Notes under the pieces: model-generated
Seen by the model: the letters and a program-made list of their open reading frames with translations, nothing else
Database searches by the model: none
Told to the model about the DNA's origin: nothing
Shown here: in pieces, positions 38,831-50,543 of the stretch
Layout: each line of letters opens with the position of its first letter
Position numbering within the stretch: the stretch's first letter is position 1
Made by a program: the position numbers and the translations under genes
Assembly: GCA_030390025.1 (NCBI GenBank)
Contig: CM059432.1
Coordinates: 52,764,001-52,828,000 of the forward strand
DNA from: Squalus acanthias
Lineage: Eukaryota
Direction of reading: 5' to 3'
Length of the DNA: 64,000 nucleotides

Positions 38831-40774
38831 GGGGGACATTTAATTTTGGAAAGTGATAGGTTGATACCAATACTTAGCAGTTTCAAGCATTGTGCCAACT
38901 GATTCTGGGAATGGCGAGTGTAAAATCTAAACTGTCAGACTCCAGGAAACCTCAATGTAAGAAACCTGATTGAAAATTGCCTTTCTTAGTTGTCCCTGGT
39001 TAATGCCCATTTAAAGCTCTGATATCACAATGTGGGAAATAAGTGGATTCCTTTTCATTACATCATAAACTTTTTATTGTTTTACAGCAGTACAGAATAT
39101 GATGACTTGATCTTCCATAATGCAGAAATAGTCAAGATCAGTTTAAAGTTAAAAAAAAGTCATTCAACTAGCTGGTTACAAACTTAAGTGGTTAAATCAG
39201 GACTTAATATATGGCAAAACTATTAACTTGCATTATATTATTTAACTCTCAGTCTTTTTGTTGTATGAATTTAACAAAAAAATGAAGCCCTGGGATTAGT
39301 TCTTACAGACTTGGCTTAAGGTACGAGACTAACTTATTGCTTTTTCTTCATGAAAACCAAATAAAGTTGTGGGCTGGGCTGTGTTCAGCCTCAGACCCCT
39401 GTGAATAAATGTTTCCAGCTCTGAATCCCACATTGTAATCTCGGTGCCAGCATGAGTCAGAAACCAAACCATGACTTCACATTGAATTCTCAGAGACAAG
39501 CATCCGCTGGAATGAACACAAATTCAACACTGCAAACCCCTCACTTCATTAGTCCCGCTTTCTATCTATCCGATGTCGCTTTTTTTACTAAGCATTTCCA
39601 GAATTTATAGCAGGCTGATTTTTAGGTGCAGTCGCGCATTCATCTAAATTATGGCAACTTTAAATTGGACCTAATCAAAGCACCAATCAGGACACCTACC
39701 GGATGCTGCAGTCTGACTCCTTTTATGGATATAAATGGACGGGCCCAGAGCAATTTACTAGGGTGAGGGAATCTCTTAACCATCTGAAGACCAGATTAGT
39801 TCATTCTGGTGGGGGAAAAATACAAATAGAATATTATAATTTTGTCAAACAGTTCGGCTGCTTCTCTATTTGTCTGATGTTGTTAAAATGAATATGTTTC
39901 TACTTTAATAAAATGTGCCAGCTCAATCGAAGCTGGAATGTTTGATATATCTGTTGGATTTTGCATCTTAAAGGGGCAGTGCCTAGTTTCCTGATCTGTG
40001 GGGCTCAGTATTACATTGGGTGTAGCTTGGTGTTTCAGTGCACTGCATGGTGTGATACTCAGTCATGCAGACCAGGAAGGTCCTTGGGCTGAGTTCAGTG
40101 AACTGACTTCATTTGGAGTAGCAGTAGGTGGGCTACAACTGACTTCAGCACCCTGGAATCGGATTCCTGATTGGTATCCAGCAGTAGTGCAACCAGTGAC
40201 AAAATTCTTCTTCATGAGCAAGACATCTCAGTGTGAGCTGCTAGCAATGCTTCCAATCAATAAGAACTGAATCTCCAACTGCTAACCAATTGCATAATGG
40301 CAAACTGTATCTTTCTGTTTCAGGCCAGCGAAGGGCGCGTGGGATAATTCTAAACTATTTATTTTATTATTATTCCTTAAGAAAAATGTACGTACATGTA
40401 CTTTATGAAGTCAGTGTACAATTATCATCACAATGCTTAGATTGGGGTAAGTCAATACATTGTGCAAACGTTGGGCACAGTGTGCTGTTTGAGGGTCAGG
40501 ATAATTTGATGATGGTTCTGGGCATTTGGCTGTTTGAGGGGTAAAGAAAATCTTGCAAATACAGTAACGGGCTTTTTAGAACTGGGACATTGTCTTTTGT
40601 GGCCCACTAGAATATGTTAGTTTGCAGCCCCCCTCTGACTTTCTTAGGTGTGGTCTGGGTCTCTGTGGATCATGTGGGTTTCCAGGAATGGATTCCAGAT
40701 TGCTTGGTATTTACTGCATTCTGGCAGTGAGCATTTATCACCCTTTCTGACTGGCATATGTTGGGGGATGCATG

Positions 40775-42422
40775 GGCCGCGATTTTGCCGGTGCTCAGCG
40801 GACCCAATTGGTGGTGAGTCAGCTGTGAAATTTAAAATGATTGACAGCGGGTCGGGAACCCACTGTCAAAATGCTCAGACCTGCATTTCCCAATGTCGGG
40901 TCTGTCAGCGCTGAGCAGACCAGACAGGCAGCGGCGGGGGACCCAATTCAAAGATCTCCTACGGGTTTCCCACTGTGCCTAGACCTCGTCAGTGAAACTG
41001 AGGTGGGAGGTCAGTGGTCATTGAATCAGCTGATGAGTTGACAGCTCATTCAGATATCTTCCCTTAAGCACTAGCATCTCTAAACTGTATTTCCACTACA
41101 GATACAGGATGCTGCAAATCTTTACACAAGTCTCCATGCAGTCTGACCTCATTACCTCTCCCACCATTGACAGATCGCTTCGGTCATCTCTACTTCACCT
41201 GCCATCTATTCCATCAGCATGGGTGCACTTTATACTCTCTCACCTTAGTCCTCAAAATCTGACCACAATCAGCCCCAACACCAGCAGCACCAACAACCAC
41301 ACCAACTTTCTCCACAATCACCTGATGCTGCACAGGACAGGGCATCAGCACCCAACCACATTGCTGCCCGGGACGCCAGGGATGACCTCACCGTGGCCAT
41401 ATTTACTTCACTTGACGCTGTACACCCTGGCTGCCACATGATGCGCCAGGTTGGCACCACCCCACACCAACATCCCTACAATGCCCAAGCCATTCCTTTC
41501 ACAATCATCACCATTGCGGGGGGTACAGTTATGTCTCACCATTCACTGCAACTCACTAAGCCACTTCCAAAGGTGCACACAAATCTGTCCAAGAACGCAA
41601 AGTGTTGAAAATAAAGATTTCAATGTTTGACAGCACATTAACAGAAACTTCACATGAACATTGGCTAAAACACACAAGTGCCTACCCTTGTGTGTTGTTA
41701 GTTGATATGATTGTACTAGGATGAGGGTGAGTTTGAGGGGTGGCTAGTGAGATGGGGAAGTGATAATGTAGATAGGGATGGGTGGAGGTGCAAGGTAAGT
41801 GGTCTGAGTAAGGATGTGCATGAGTAGGGTAGGGAAGGCAGAGTGATGGGGGTGTGATGAGTGGCACAGTAGGATGAGGTTGAGTGTGGCTTTGCAGTAA
41901 CTTTTCGTGATCTACTGAGATCATTGAAAGGTTTGCGCCACTGCAGCCTGGTCCTCCTGATGATATCCCTGCTTGTGTCCTCCTGTGCAATGTGCAACCA
42001 GGCTGCGTTGGTCTCCTGGGGAGGTCTCTTCCACCCATTGGAAGGGAAGAGAACCTCCCTGCGTGCTGTGACTCCCTCCATAAGCATATGAAGGGAGTCA
42101 TGGGAGAGCCTGGGTGCAGCCATCCACCTTTGTGCAGTGCTTGTCAATGTTTGCAGCACCTCAATGCTGTAGAACACTGACAGCACAAATGTCAAAGTAA
42201 ATTTGCGCATGGTCCCTTTAAGGAAACCAACTGATGACGCGCCATCAAATGACATCACCAGACCCGCTTCCTTCAATTGGCCGGCAAACTCGCTGGGCGG
42301 GCTTAACAAGCCCAATCAGGGGAAAGTCACGTCGGAGGCTGGGATGGAGCCAACAGTGGGGCCGAGACCTGCCACCTGACGTCGCCTGCCACGAACCCGC
42401 TGCGGTAGGGAAAATCACGGCC
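40775..42422. mobile_element. Non-autonomous PIF/Harbinger element
   Basis: TIRs GGCCGCGATTTT / AAAATCACGGCC. Myb/SANT exon on - (APRLSHDSL..RREVLFP..WLHIA..WRKPFNDL) and transposase stubs on + at ~41218-41415. Confidence 0.8.
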
Positions 42423-42994
42423 ATAGTCTTTCAGATAGTAGTGACAGTTACGTCAGCCTGCAAGACTATGAGCTTCTTATAGGTAGGCCCAAAGAGCATT
42501 GGCCCGGATCTGCAGGGATTGCAAGACCTCCCATCGTCTCCATGGCCTTCTGGACTGCTGCCCCATTGGCTGAATAAAGGGACAAAACCAGACATGTGCA
42601 GCAGTGTGATGCTCTGGGCATGGCGTCTCCAGCATTTGTCCCTCAGGGAGTGGCGGTTTTGTGTATCAGATGTTGGGTGCGGTAAGCTCAATGTATTATC
42701 TTGAGCTAGCCCTTGTACATTCTGCTGCGGGTGGTCGCTGTGCTTTCCTAATTCTCTTCATTCCTTCTCATTGGAAAGGAAGAATGAAGAGAATTATAGA
42801 AGCACAGCTACCATCAGCAGCAGAATGGCCAGGCTTTCTGTGTTGTGTTTTGATTTGAAAGCAAACATGGTACAGAGGTTGTAGATAGGTTTGTGGGAAT
42901 TTGTCAGGGAGTGGAGGTACAGTTCCATGGAGCGTGGCTCACATTTGAGTTTTTGAGCATTACTTCATCCTGGAGGAATTGGAACCATTGATGT

Positions 42995-44935
42995 TTACAG
43001 CACAGAAGGAGGCCATTCATTCCATTGTGCCTGAGCTGGCTTTTTGCTAGAGCAATCCAAAACTAATACCACTTCTCGCTTCCTTCCCATAATCCTGTAT
43101 TTCCTCTGTTTCAAATACTTATCCAATGTTTCTTTACAAATGCAAGGGTCTCTGACTCAACCATTCCCTGTGGCAACACATTCCATGCTCCAACAATACT
43201 CTATGTAAAGAAATTTCTCCTAACTCTATTACTCATCTTTTAAGTGAGGATTTTAAATTGATAACCTCCTCATCACTTGCTCCCCCACCAGAAGAAATAG
43301 TCTTTTCCTAATGACTCTCTCAAAATCCTTCATTTTTTTAAAAAGCATCTATCAAATCTTCTCTTGGCCTTCTTTGCTCCAGTGGAAATAGTCCCACTAT
43401 TTCCAGTCTCTCCTCATAACTATAGTTTCCATCCCTGATATCATGCTGTACATGATCAACGGCAGGGTTCTGCTGAACGTGGAGGAGCAGAGGGATCTGG
43501 GGGTTCATATCCACAGATCTCTGAAGGTTGCCACTCAAGTGGATAGAGCAGTAAAGAAGGCCTATGGTGTGTTGGCGTTTATTAACAGAGGGTTTGAGTT
43601 TAAGAACCGTGAGGTTATGCTGCAACTGTACAGGACCTTGGTGAGACCACATTTGGAATATTGTGTGCAGTTCTGGTCACCTCACTATAGGAAGGACGTG
43701 GAAGCATTGGAAAGAGTGCAAAGGAGATTTACCAGGATGCTGCCTGGTTTGGGGGGGAGGTCTTATGAGGAAAGATTGAGGGAGTTGGGGCTTTTCTCTT
43801 TAGAGCGGAGGAGGATGAGAGGCGACTTAATAGAGGTTTATAAGATGATGAGGGGGATAGATAGAGTGGATGTTCAGAGACTATTTCCTCGGGTAGAGGC
43901 AGCTGTTACAAGGGGGCATAACTATAAGGTGCATGGGGGGAGATATAGAAGGGATGTCCGAGGTAGATTCTTTACTCAGAGAGTGGTTGGGGTGTGGAAT
44001 GGACTGCCTGCTGTGATAGTGGAGTCGGACACTTTAGGAACTTTCAAGCGGTTATTGGATAAGCACATGGAGCACACCAGAGTGATAGGGAGTGTGATAG
44101 CTTGATCTTGGTCTCGGACAATGCTCGGCACAACATCGAGGGCCGAAGGGCCTGTACTGTGCTGTACTGTTCTATGTTCTATGATTTTGATGTTGTTTCT
44201 ATAATAGGGCACCAAAATTGCACATAATTGTACTCTAAATGTGGATTAGCCAATGTTTTGGATAAATCTAGCATTACTTCTTGTACTCTATGCCCCCATT
44301 TCTGAAATCCAAAATACTCTTGGCCTTTATATGGTTTTATTTACCTGAATTTCCACATTGTATTTGAACCCCTAGCTCTCTCTCTTCATTATCTTTTTGT
44401 TGACTGCATTCCTGGTTCTTCCTCCCAAAATGTAATACCTCACATATATCCACAATAAATTGTATTTGCTACCTATCTGCCCAATCCACTAACCTGTCTA
44501 TGTCTTCATGAAGTATTTTACGTTCCTCCTCACTGTTTGCCAAACTATCTACTTTGTGTCATCAGCAAATTTCCATACTGTGCTCCCTATACCCAAATCA
44601 TCTATATATACCAAAAATGGACCCAAGATTGAGTCTTCTCTAATCTAAGCAATAGCTATTTTCTTGAACTTACTGCTTCCCATCTGTCAACCAACCTTAC
44701 ATCTGCTACATTTCCTCTTATATCATACGCCTGAAATTGTCTAACAGGCCTCTTGCAAGACACCTTATCAAACACCTTCTGAAAATCCATGTACATTGTA
44801 TCTACTGCATTCCCTTTATCCAATCAGTCAGCTGTTTAAAAAATCTCTTACACTTGTCAAACACGGCTTGCTTTTAACAAATTCATGCTAGTTGTCCTTG
44901 ATTAACCAGCACATTTCTAAATGCTTACTAAGTTT
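42995..44935 (-). mobile_element. Old degenerate CR1 interrupted by a young CR1
   Basis: Tail 'acagcacagaaggaggccattc' at 42997, YSYEERLE remnant, RT remnants at 44190-44935. Confidence 0.7.
43455..44184 (+). mobile_element. Young 5'-truncated CR1 (same subfamily as 32351-37800)
   Basis: ORF 43443-44105 is nearly identical to the C-terminus of ORF 32436-33452; same 3' UTR and (ttctatg)n tail. Confidence 0.95.
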
Positions 44936-44940
44936 GAAGT

Positions 44941-45530
44941 GTCAGCTGTGGCTCAGTTGGTATCACTCTCACCTCTGTGTCATGAAGGTTTGTGGGTTCA
45001 AGTAGGAAAGCAAATGGTCTGTTGGCCTTTATTACAAGAGGATTTGAGTATAAGAGTAAAGACATCTTACTGCAATTATATAGGGCCCTGGTGAGACCAC
45101 ACCTGGAGTATTGTGTACAGTTTTGGTCTCCTTACCATTTTTTCTCTCTCTCTCACATGGCAGCTGTCGATCATTCTGCCATTGCCATTTACACTTCATC
45201 TAGAGTCATCTTTTATTTCTTAACTTGTCCCATTACCATCTCCTTTTGCCATGCACCATCATCCCTTTTGTCTCTTAATCTCTCCTGCCTTCCATCCTCT
45301 CACAGACCTTCCCTTTTGTTCTTTCTTCCCCTCCCCCCTTTCCCTGCCCCTACACTTGCTTAAAATCCGTTCCATTTCCAACTTTTTCCAGTTCTGACGA
45401 AGGGTCATCAAACTGAAACGTTAACTCTGTTTCTCGCTCCACAGATGCTGCCTGGCCTGCTGAGTGTTTCCAGCATTTTCTGTTTTTATTTCAGATTTCC
45501 AGCATCCACAGTATTTTGCTTTTGTATTAG
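44941..45530 (+). mobile_element. Composite: tRNA-derived SINE head, CR1 ORF2 fragment and PLE family-B-like solo pseudo-LTR
   Basis: A-box tggctcagttgg and B-box-like ggttcaagt (44949-45003); RKANGLLAFI..RPHLEYCVQFWSPY (45004-45136); 45140-45530 similar to 60060-60431. Confidence 0.75.
45390..45426 (+). ncRNA. Hammerhead motif, family B type, stem II eroded
   Basis: aguu-CUGACGA-agggucaucaaacu-GAAA-cg-UU-aacu. Confidence 0.6.
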
Positions 45531-45723
45531 TTTTGGAACCCTGTTTATTTTGAGCAAATCTTTTCAAGAGTCATACCATCAAACAGATGCTCGGGGGACC
45601 TGACCATTCATTTGGGGTTAGTAGTTATTCTCTATTTTGTTTTCTATTAGATTTGTCACCATTGAGACTTTTCTACACGTGAAGCATGGTTCAAACTTAG
45701 CACATGGACTGAATGTAGTTGAT

Positions 45724-46036
45724 TCACAGAATCACAGAATCCCCACAGTGCAGATAGAGGCCATTTCGGCCCATCGAGCCTGCACCGACACATATCCCAC
45801 CCTATCCCCGTAACCCCACGTTTTTAATCCCCCTAACACTAAGGGTCAATTTATCATAGCCAAATCAACCTAACCCGCACATCTTTGGACTGTGGGAGGA
45901 AACCGGAGCACCCGGAGGAAACCCACGCAGACACGGGGAGAATGTGCAAACTCCACACAGACAGTCACCCGTGGCCGGATTCGAACCCGGGTCCCTGGCG
46001 CTGTGAGGCAACAGTGCTAACCACTATGCCACCGTG
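45724..46036 (-). mobile_element. V-SINE (HE1-like)
   Basis: tRNA head with A box TGGCATAGTGG and B box GGTTCGAATCC; V-domain gtttgcacattctccccgtgtctgcgtgggtttcctccgggtgctccggtttcctcccacagtccaaaga; CR1-type tail. Confidence 0.9.
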
Positions 46037-46763
46037 TTGGAATCGTTGGGAGGTAGTTTTAGCTTAGGTTTGGACAGATGTTCTATGGAATTCCATTCTA
46101 CCTCTGGAATGTGGACCCAACTGGTTGAAACACCTGTACCTAAGGCATAGAAAAAATTTGCAGTAATTTAGAGTTTCTCACTTCGCAGATCAAAAGCGTC
46201 TTTTCTTTACTATGCATGTTTCTTTAGAGAGGTCCCAGGTCCTTTTTCAATAGGTCAGTAATAAATATTAATTATTCCCATCACCCTGTTGGTTGGTCAA
46301 GAGAAAGCAACACCTTGGGGGGAATTTTAACATGGAGGAGCACCTGGGTTTGGGTGCAGGTGGGGTGAGGTGGTTAAAGTCGGCAAAATGCGAACACATC
46401 TGGAAGCAACCCTCCCAACCTCCGCATTTAACTTGGGCGCCTTAGGCTGGATGCACGCAGCTCCCTCAGGAGAAGCAGGTTGCCTATTAACATATGCTAA
46501 TCGCGCAATTGGAGTAATTTCAACACAGTTTTAAATTCAACAATGCATCCATGGGTTTCTCAGGCTTCCTGAAATTTGCCATTTAAACCAAGGCGAGAAC
46601 ACAACGGCAATTGACGGGGCTGATTAAAAGTCATGCAAATACTCCAATAAATACTCAGTACTCACAGCTGCTTTCTGACCTACTAGTGGAAAAGGTTTTG
46701 TTCACCGTATTTTTGCTAAGGGTTTACTTTCTACACATTGGAGGTTTTCTGAATCACAGCAGG

Positions 46764-47945
46764 ATGGGTGCCTCCTTAGCTGCCTTAGATTGGACCTTGG
46801 ACAAGGAGCAATATGACCATCAGCATCAGCAACAGACCTGTAGCTGGACAGCAGAGAGGGGAGCAGCAGAGAGAGGAGCAGCAGAGGGGGGCAGATCGCA
46901 GAAGGTATTACCCGTGAAACAGGGTGTACAGAGGCTGAGCTTCCTTGACCTGTTGGAGCAGCTGTGCTTCCAGAGGCTCAGGTTGTCATGTCAGGTGGTG
47001 GCAGACATCTGCAGCCTCCTAGAAGACCTAATCCCTGCTGGACCTGGTGGCCACGCGTTACCAGTGGCTGTCAAGGTGACCACCGCGCTCAACTTTTTTG
47101 CCTCTGGATCCGTCCAGGGCTCTGCCGGAGACATACCCAGGATCTCCTAGTCGGCAGCCCACAAATGTATAAGGCAGGTGACTGATGGCTTGTTTGCCAG
47201 GGTTGGCAATTATGTGAACTTCGCCTGTGATGATACTAGTCAGAATGAGCGGCACTTGGGTTTGCATCTCTGGTTGGCTTCCCACGGGTGCAGGGTGTCA
47301 CCGACTACACACACGTGGCAATCCATGCAACCCCAGCTCAACCAGGAGTATTTGTCAATTCAAGGGCTTCCACTCCATCAATGCGCAGCTGGCGTGCAAC
47401 CACAAAAAGATATTTATGTAGACAAGATTCCCGGGGAGCTACCATGATGCTTTCATCCTGCGGCAGTCTAAGCTCCCTGGTGTATTTGTTCCTGGAAGCA
47501 GACTTAAGCAGGCTCGAACGGCCGCATGGCCTACTCCTGCTCCTAATTCTTATGTTCTTAAGGGGTGGCTGCTAGGAGACAAGGGATACTCCCTTCAAAC
47601 TTGGATGATGACACCCATGAGAAACATGACTAATGAAGCCCAACAGCGCTACAATGAAAGCCAGATGACCACCAGATGTGTCATTGAGCAAGCCATTGGC
47701 ATGCTCAAGCTGCGCTTCAGTTGCCTGGACAGATCTGGAGGCGCCCAGAATGGTATGCTGCAATCTGCAAAACATTGTGCAGCAGTGAGATTTGGAGCAA
47801 GCAATAAGGCGCAGAGCGCACATTGTCTGCAGATGATTCCGAAGAGGAGGAGGAGGAGGAAAGTGACAATGCCAATGCAGCACCAGCTGCTCACATTGCT
47901 GCCCGGGATGCCAGTCATGATTTTATTAATGCAAGGTTCAGTTAG
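46764..47945 (+). pseudogene. Harbinger (HARBI1-like) DDE transposase, frameshifted
   Basis: [75 protein letters not shown] across several frames. Confidence 0.9.
47507..47560 (+). mobile_element. Tiny CR1 3'-tail insertion inside the transposase
   Basis: gcaggctcga..ggcc..tggcctactcctgctcctaattcttatgttctta matches 50490-50543; flanked by repeated CTTAAG. Confidence 0.75.
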
Positions 47946-48799
47946 TTACCACCATTGGACCGATGTCAGAACCACATGCAACACCCACTCTTCCCCCACC
48001 CCCCAGACACAAAGCAGACCTGCAAACAACCATCCACCCATTGCACATCCCCCCCATTGGTCGCCGTCAATTCATGTCTTCCCATTCATCATCAAGCAAG
48101 TTAAAAGGCGAGTTGCCAGCCAGCAACCAAGAATGGGCAACACTGGAAAGTGGTGCAAAGTAATACATTTTATGTGATTCTACTAAAGAAAGGAAACTTT
48201 ATAACATAACATTTTCTCATACACCCATGTGCATACCTTTGGTGAACTACAAAGCTTTACTCTTCCTTTTCCTACCACTCCTACGTGGTGCAACCCCTGT
48301 GGCCTGTGGCTTCAGCAGAGGTAGAGGCAGGCTGCTCAGATCCCTGCTCTGACTGCTGAGATGCTCTTGGCCAACGACCTCTGTGTTTTGGAGCGTGTGA
48401 GGAGGCAGCATGTCGGGTACTAACACCGGGGGGGGGGGGGGGGGGGGGGAAGTGCTTTGAGCGGAGTTCCCACTTCCATGTCCCCTTTCGCCATCATCCC
48501 TCTCATGGGCCAGCCGCACTTCACTGCTACCACTCTACTGCTGCAGGAGAGCAGCTTGGTGCAGATCAGTGACGAGCTGTAAGGCCAAGGCTAAGGTATC
48601 TGTCATCCTAATTAAGGCAGCAGACATGTTTGCATCTAGAGTCTGCACGGCCGTGGTCAAGGGCTGTATGGACTCAGTTGACTGCCACATTTGATGTTCC
48701 ATGGAGTTAGACACTCTATCCATGCAAGAAGACATCATCGCAATGCCCTATGACATCAAACCACTAATTCTTGAGGCAGACTCCTCCATTTTTGGGAAA

Positions 48800-50543
48800 T
48801 GGCAGAGACTCTGAACAAGTAGTTTGTATCTGTCTTCACGGTAGAAGACACTAACAACATTCCAAAAATGGATAATCAAGGGGCCACAGGGAAGGGGGAA
48901 CTAAAGACAATCACTATCACTAGGGAAATAGTACTTGGTAAAATAATGGGACTAAAAGACGACAAGTCCCCTGGACCAGATGGCCTGCATCCCAGGATCT
49001 TAAAAGAAGTGGCTGCAGAGATAGTGGATGCATTGGTTGCAATATACCAAAATTCCCTGGACTCTGGAGAGGTGCCAGCGGATTGGAAAACCGCAAATGT
49101 AACACCCCTATTTAAGAAAGGAGGGAGACAAAAAGCAGGAAACTATAGACCAGTTAGCCTAACATCTGTCATTGGGAAAATGCTGGAGTCCTGCATTAAG
49201 GAAGCAGTAGCAGGGCATTTGGAAAATCATAATGCAGTCAAGCAGAGTCAGCATGCTTTTATGAAAGGGAAATCATGTTTAACAAATTTGCTGGAGTTCT
49301 TTGAGGATGTAATGAGCAGAGTGGACAAAGGCGAACCAGTAGATGTGGTGTATTTGGATTTCCAGAAGGCATTCGATAAGGTGCCACATAAAAGGTTACT
49401 GCATAAGATAAGAGCTCACGGAATTGGGGGTAATATATTAGCATGGATAGAGAATTGGCTAACTAACAGAAAGCAGAGAGTTGGGATAAATGGGTCATTT
49501 TCCGGTTGGCAAACGGTAACAAGTGAGGTGCCACAGGGATCGGTGCTGGGGCCTCAACTATTTACAATCTACATTAATGACTTGGATGAAGGGACCGAGT
49601 GTAATGTAGCCAAGTTTGCGGATGATACAAAGATGGGTGGGAAAGCAAGTTGTGCAGACGACTCAAAGAATCTGCAAAGGGATATAGACAGGCTATAGTC
49701 AGTGGGCAAACATTTGGCAGATGGAGTATAATGTGGGAATGTGCGAGGTTATACATTTTGGCAGGAAAAATAAAAAAGCAAATTATTATTTAAATGGAGA
49801 GAGATTACAAAATGCTACAGTTCAGAGAGACCTGGGGGTCCTTCTGCATGAAACACAAAAAGTTAGCATGCAGGTACAGCAAGTAATCAAAAAGGCAAAT
49901 GGAATGTTGGCCTTTATTTCAAAGGGGTTGGAGTATAATAGCAGGGAAGTCCTGCTACAACTGTACAGTGTATTGGTGAGACCACACCTTGAGTACTGCG
50001 TACAGTTTTGGTCTCCTTATTTAAGGAAGGATATACTTGCATTCGAGGCAGTTCAGAGACGATTCACTAGGTTAATTCCAGAGATGAGGGTGTTGACTTA
50101 TGAGGAAAGGTTGAGCAGGCTGGGCCTATACTCTTTGGAATTTAGAAGAATGAGAGGTGATCTTATTGAAACATACAAGATTCTGAGGGGGCTCGACAAG
50201 GCAGATGCAGAGAGGATGTTTCCCCTCGTGGGGAAATCTAGAACTTGGGGGCACAGTTTTAGAATAAAGGGTCGCCCTTTTAGAACTGAGATGAGGAGGA
50301 ATTTCTTCTCTCAGAGGGTCGTAAATCTGTGGAATTCTCTGCCCCAGAGAGCTGTGGAGGCTGGGTCATTAAATACATTTAAGGTGGAGATAGACAGATT
50401 TTTGCACGGTAAGGGAGTGAAGGGTTATGGGGAGTGGGCGGGGAAGTGGCTTTGAGCCCAAGATCAGCCATGATCTTATTGAATGGCGGAGCAGGCTCGA
50501 GGGGCCAAGTGGCCTATTCCTGCTCCTATTTCTTATGTTCTTA
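48800..50543 (+). mobile_element. 5'-truncated CR1 LINE (RT)
   Basis: ORFs 48868-49698 and 49721-50455 cover the RT with one frameshift; tail ttcttatgttctta. Confidence 0.95.

Noticed and set aside
39380..39800. Enhancer-like unique sequence with TGAGTCA (AP-1) site
   Set aside because: Single short motifs occur by chance; conservation or chromatin data are required.
45960..46036. tRNA gene
   Set aside because: A and B boxes belong to the V-SINE head, which continues into the V-domain and a LINE tail.
48427..48448. Long poly-G run
   Set aside because: Simple homopolymer within a decayed Harbinger gene; its length may be a sequencing artefact.
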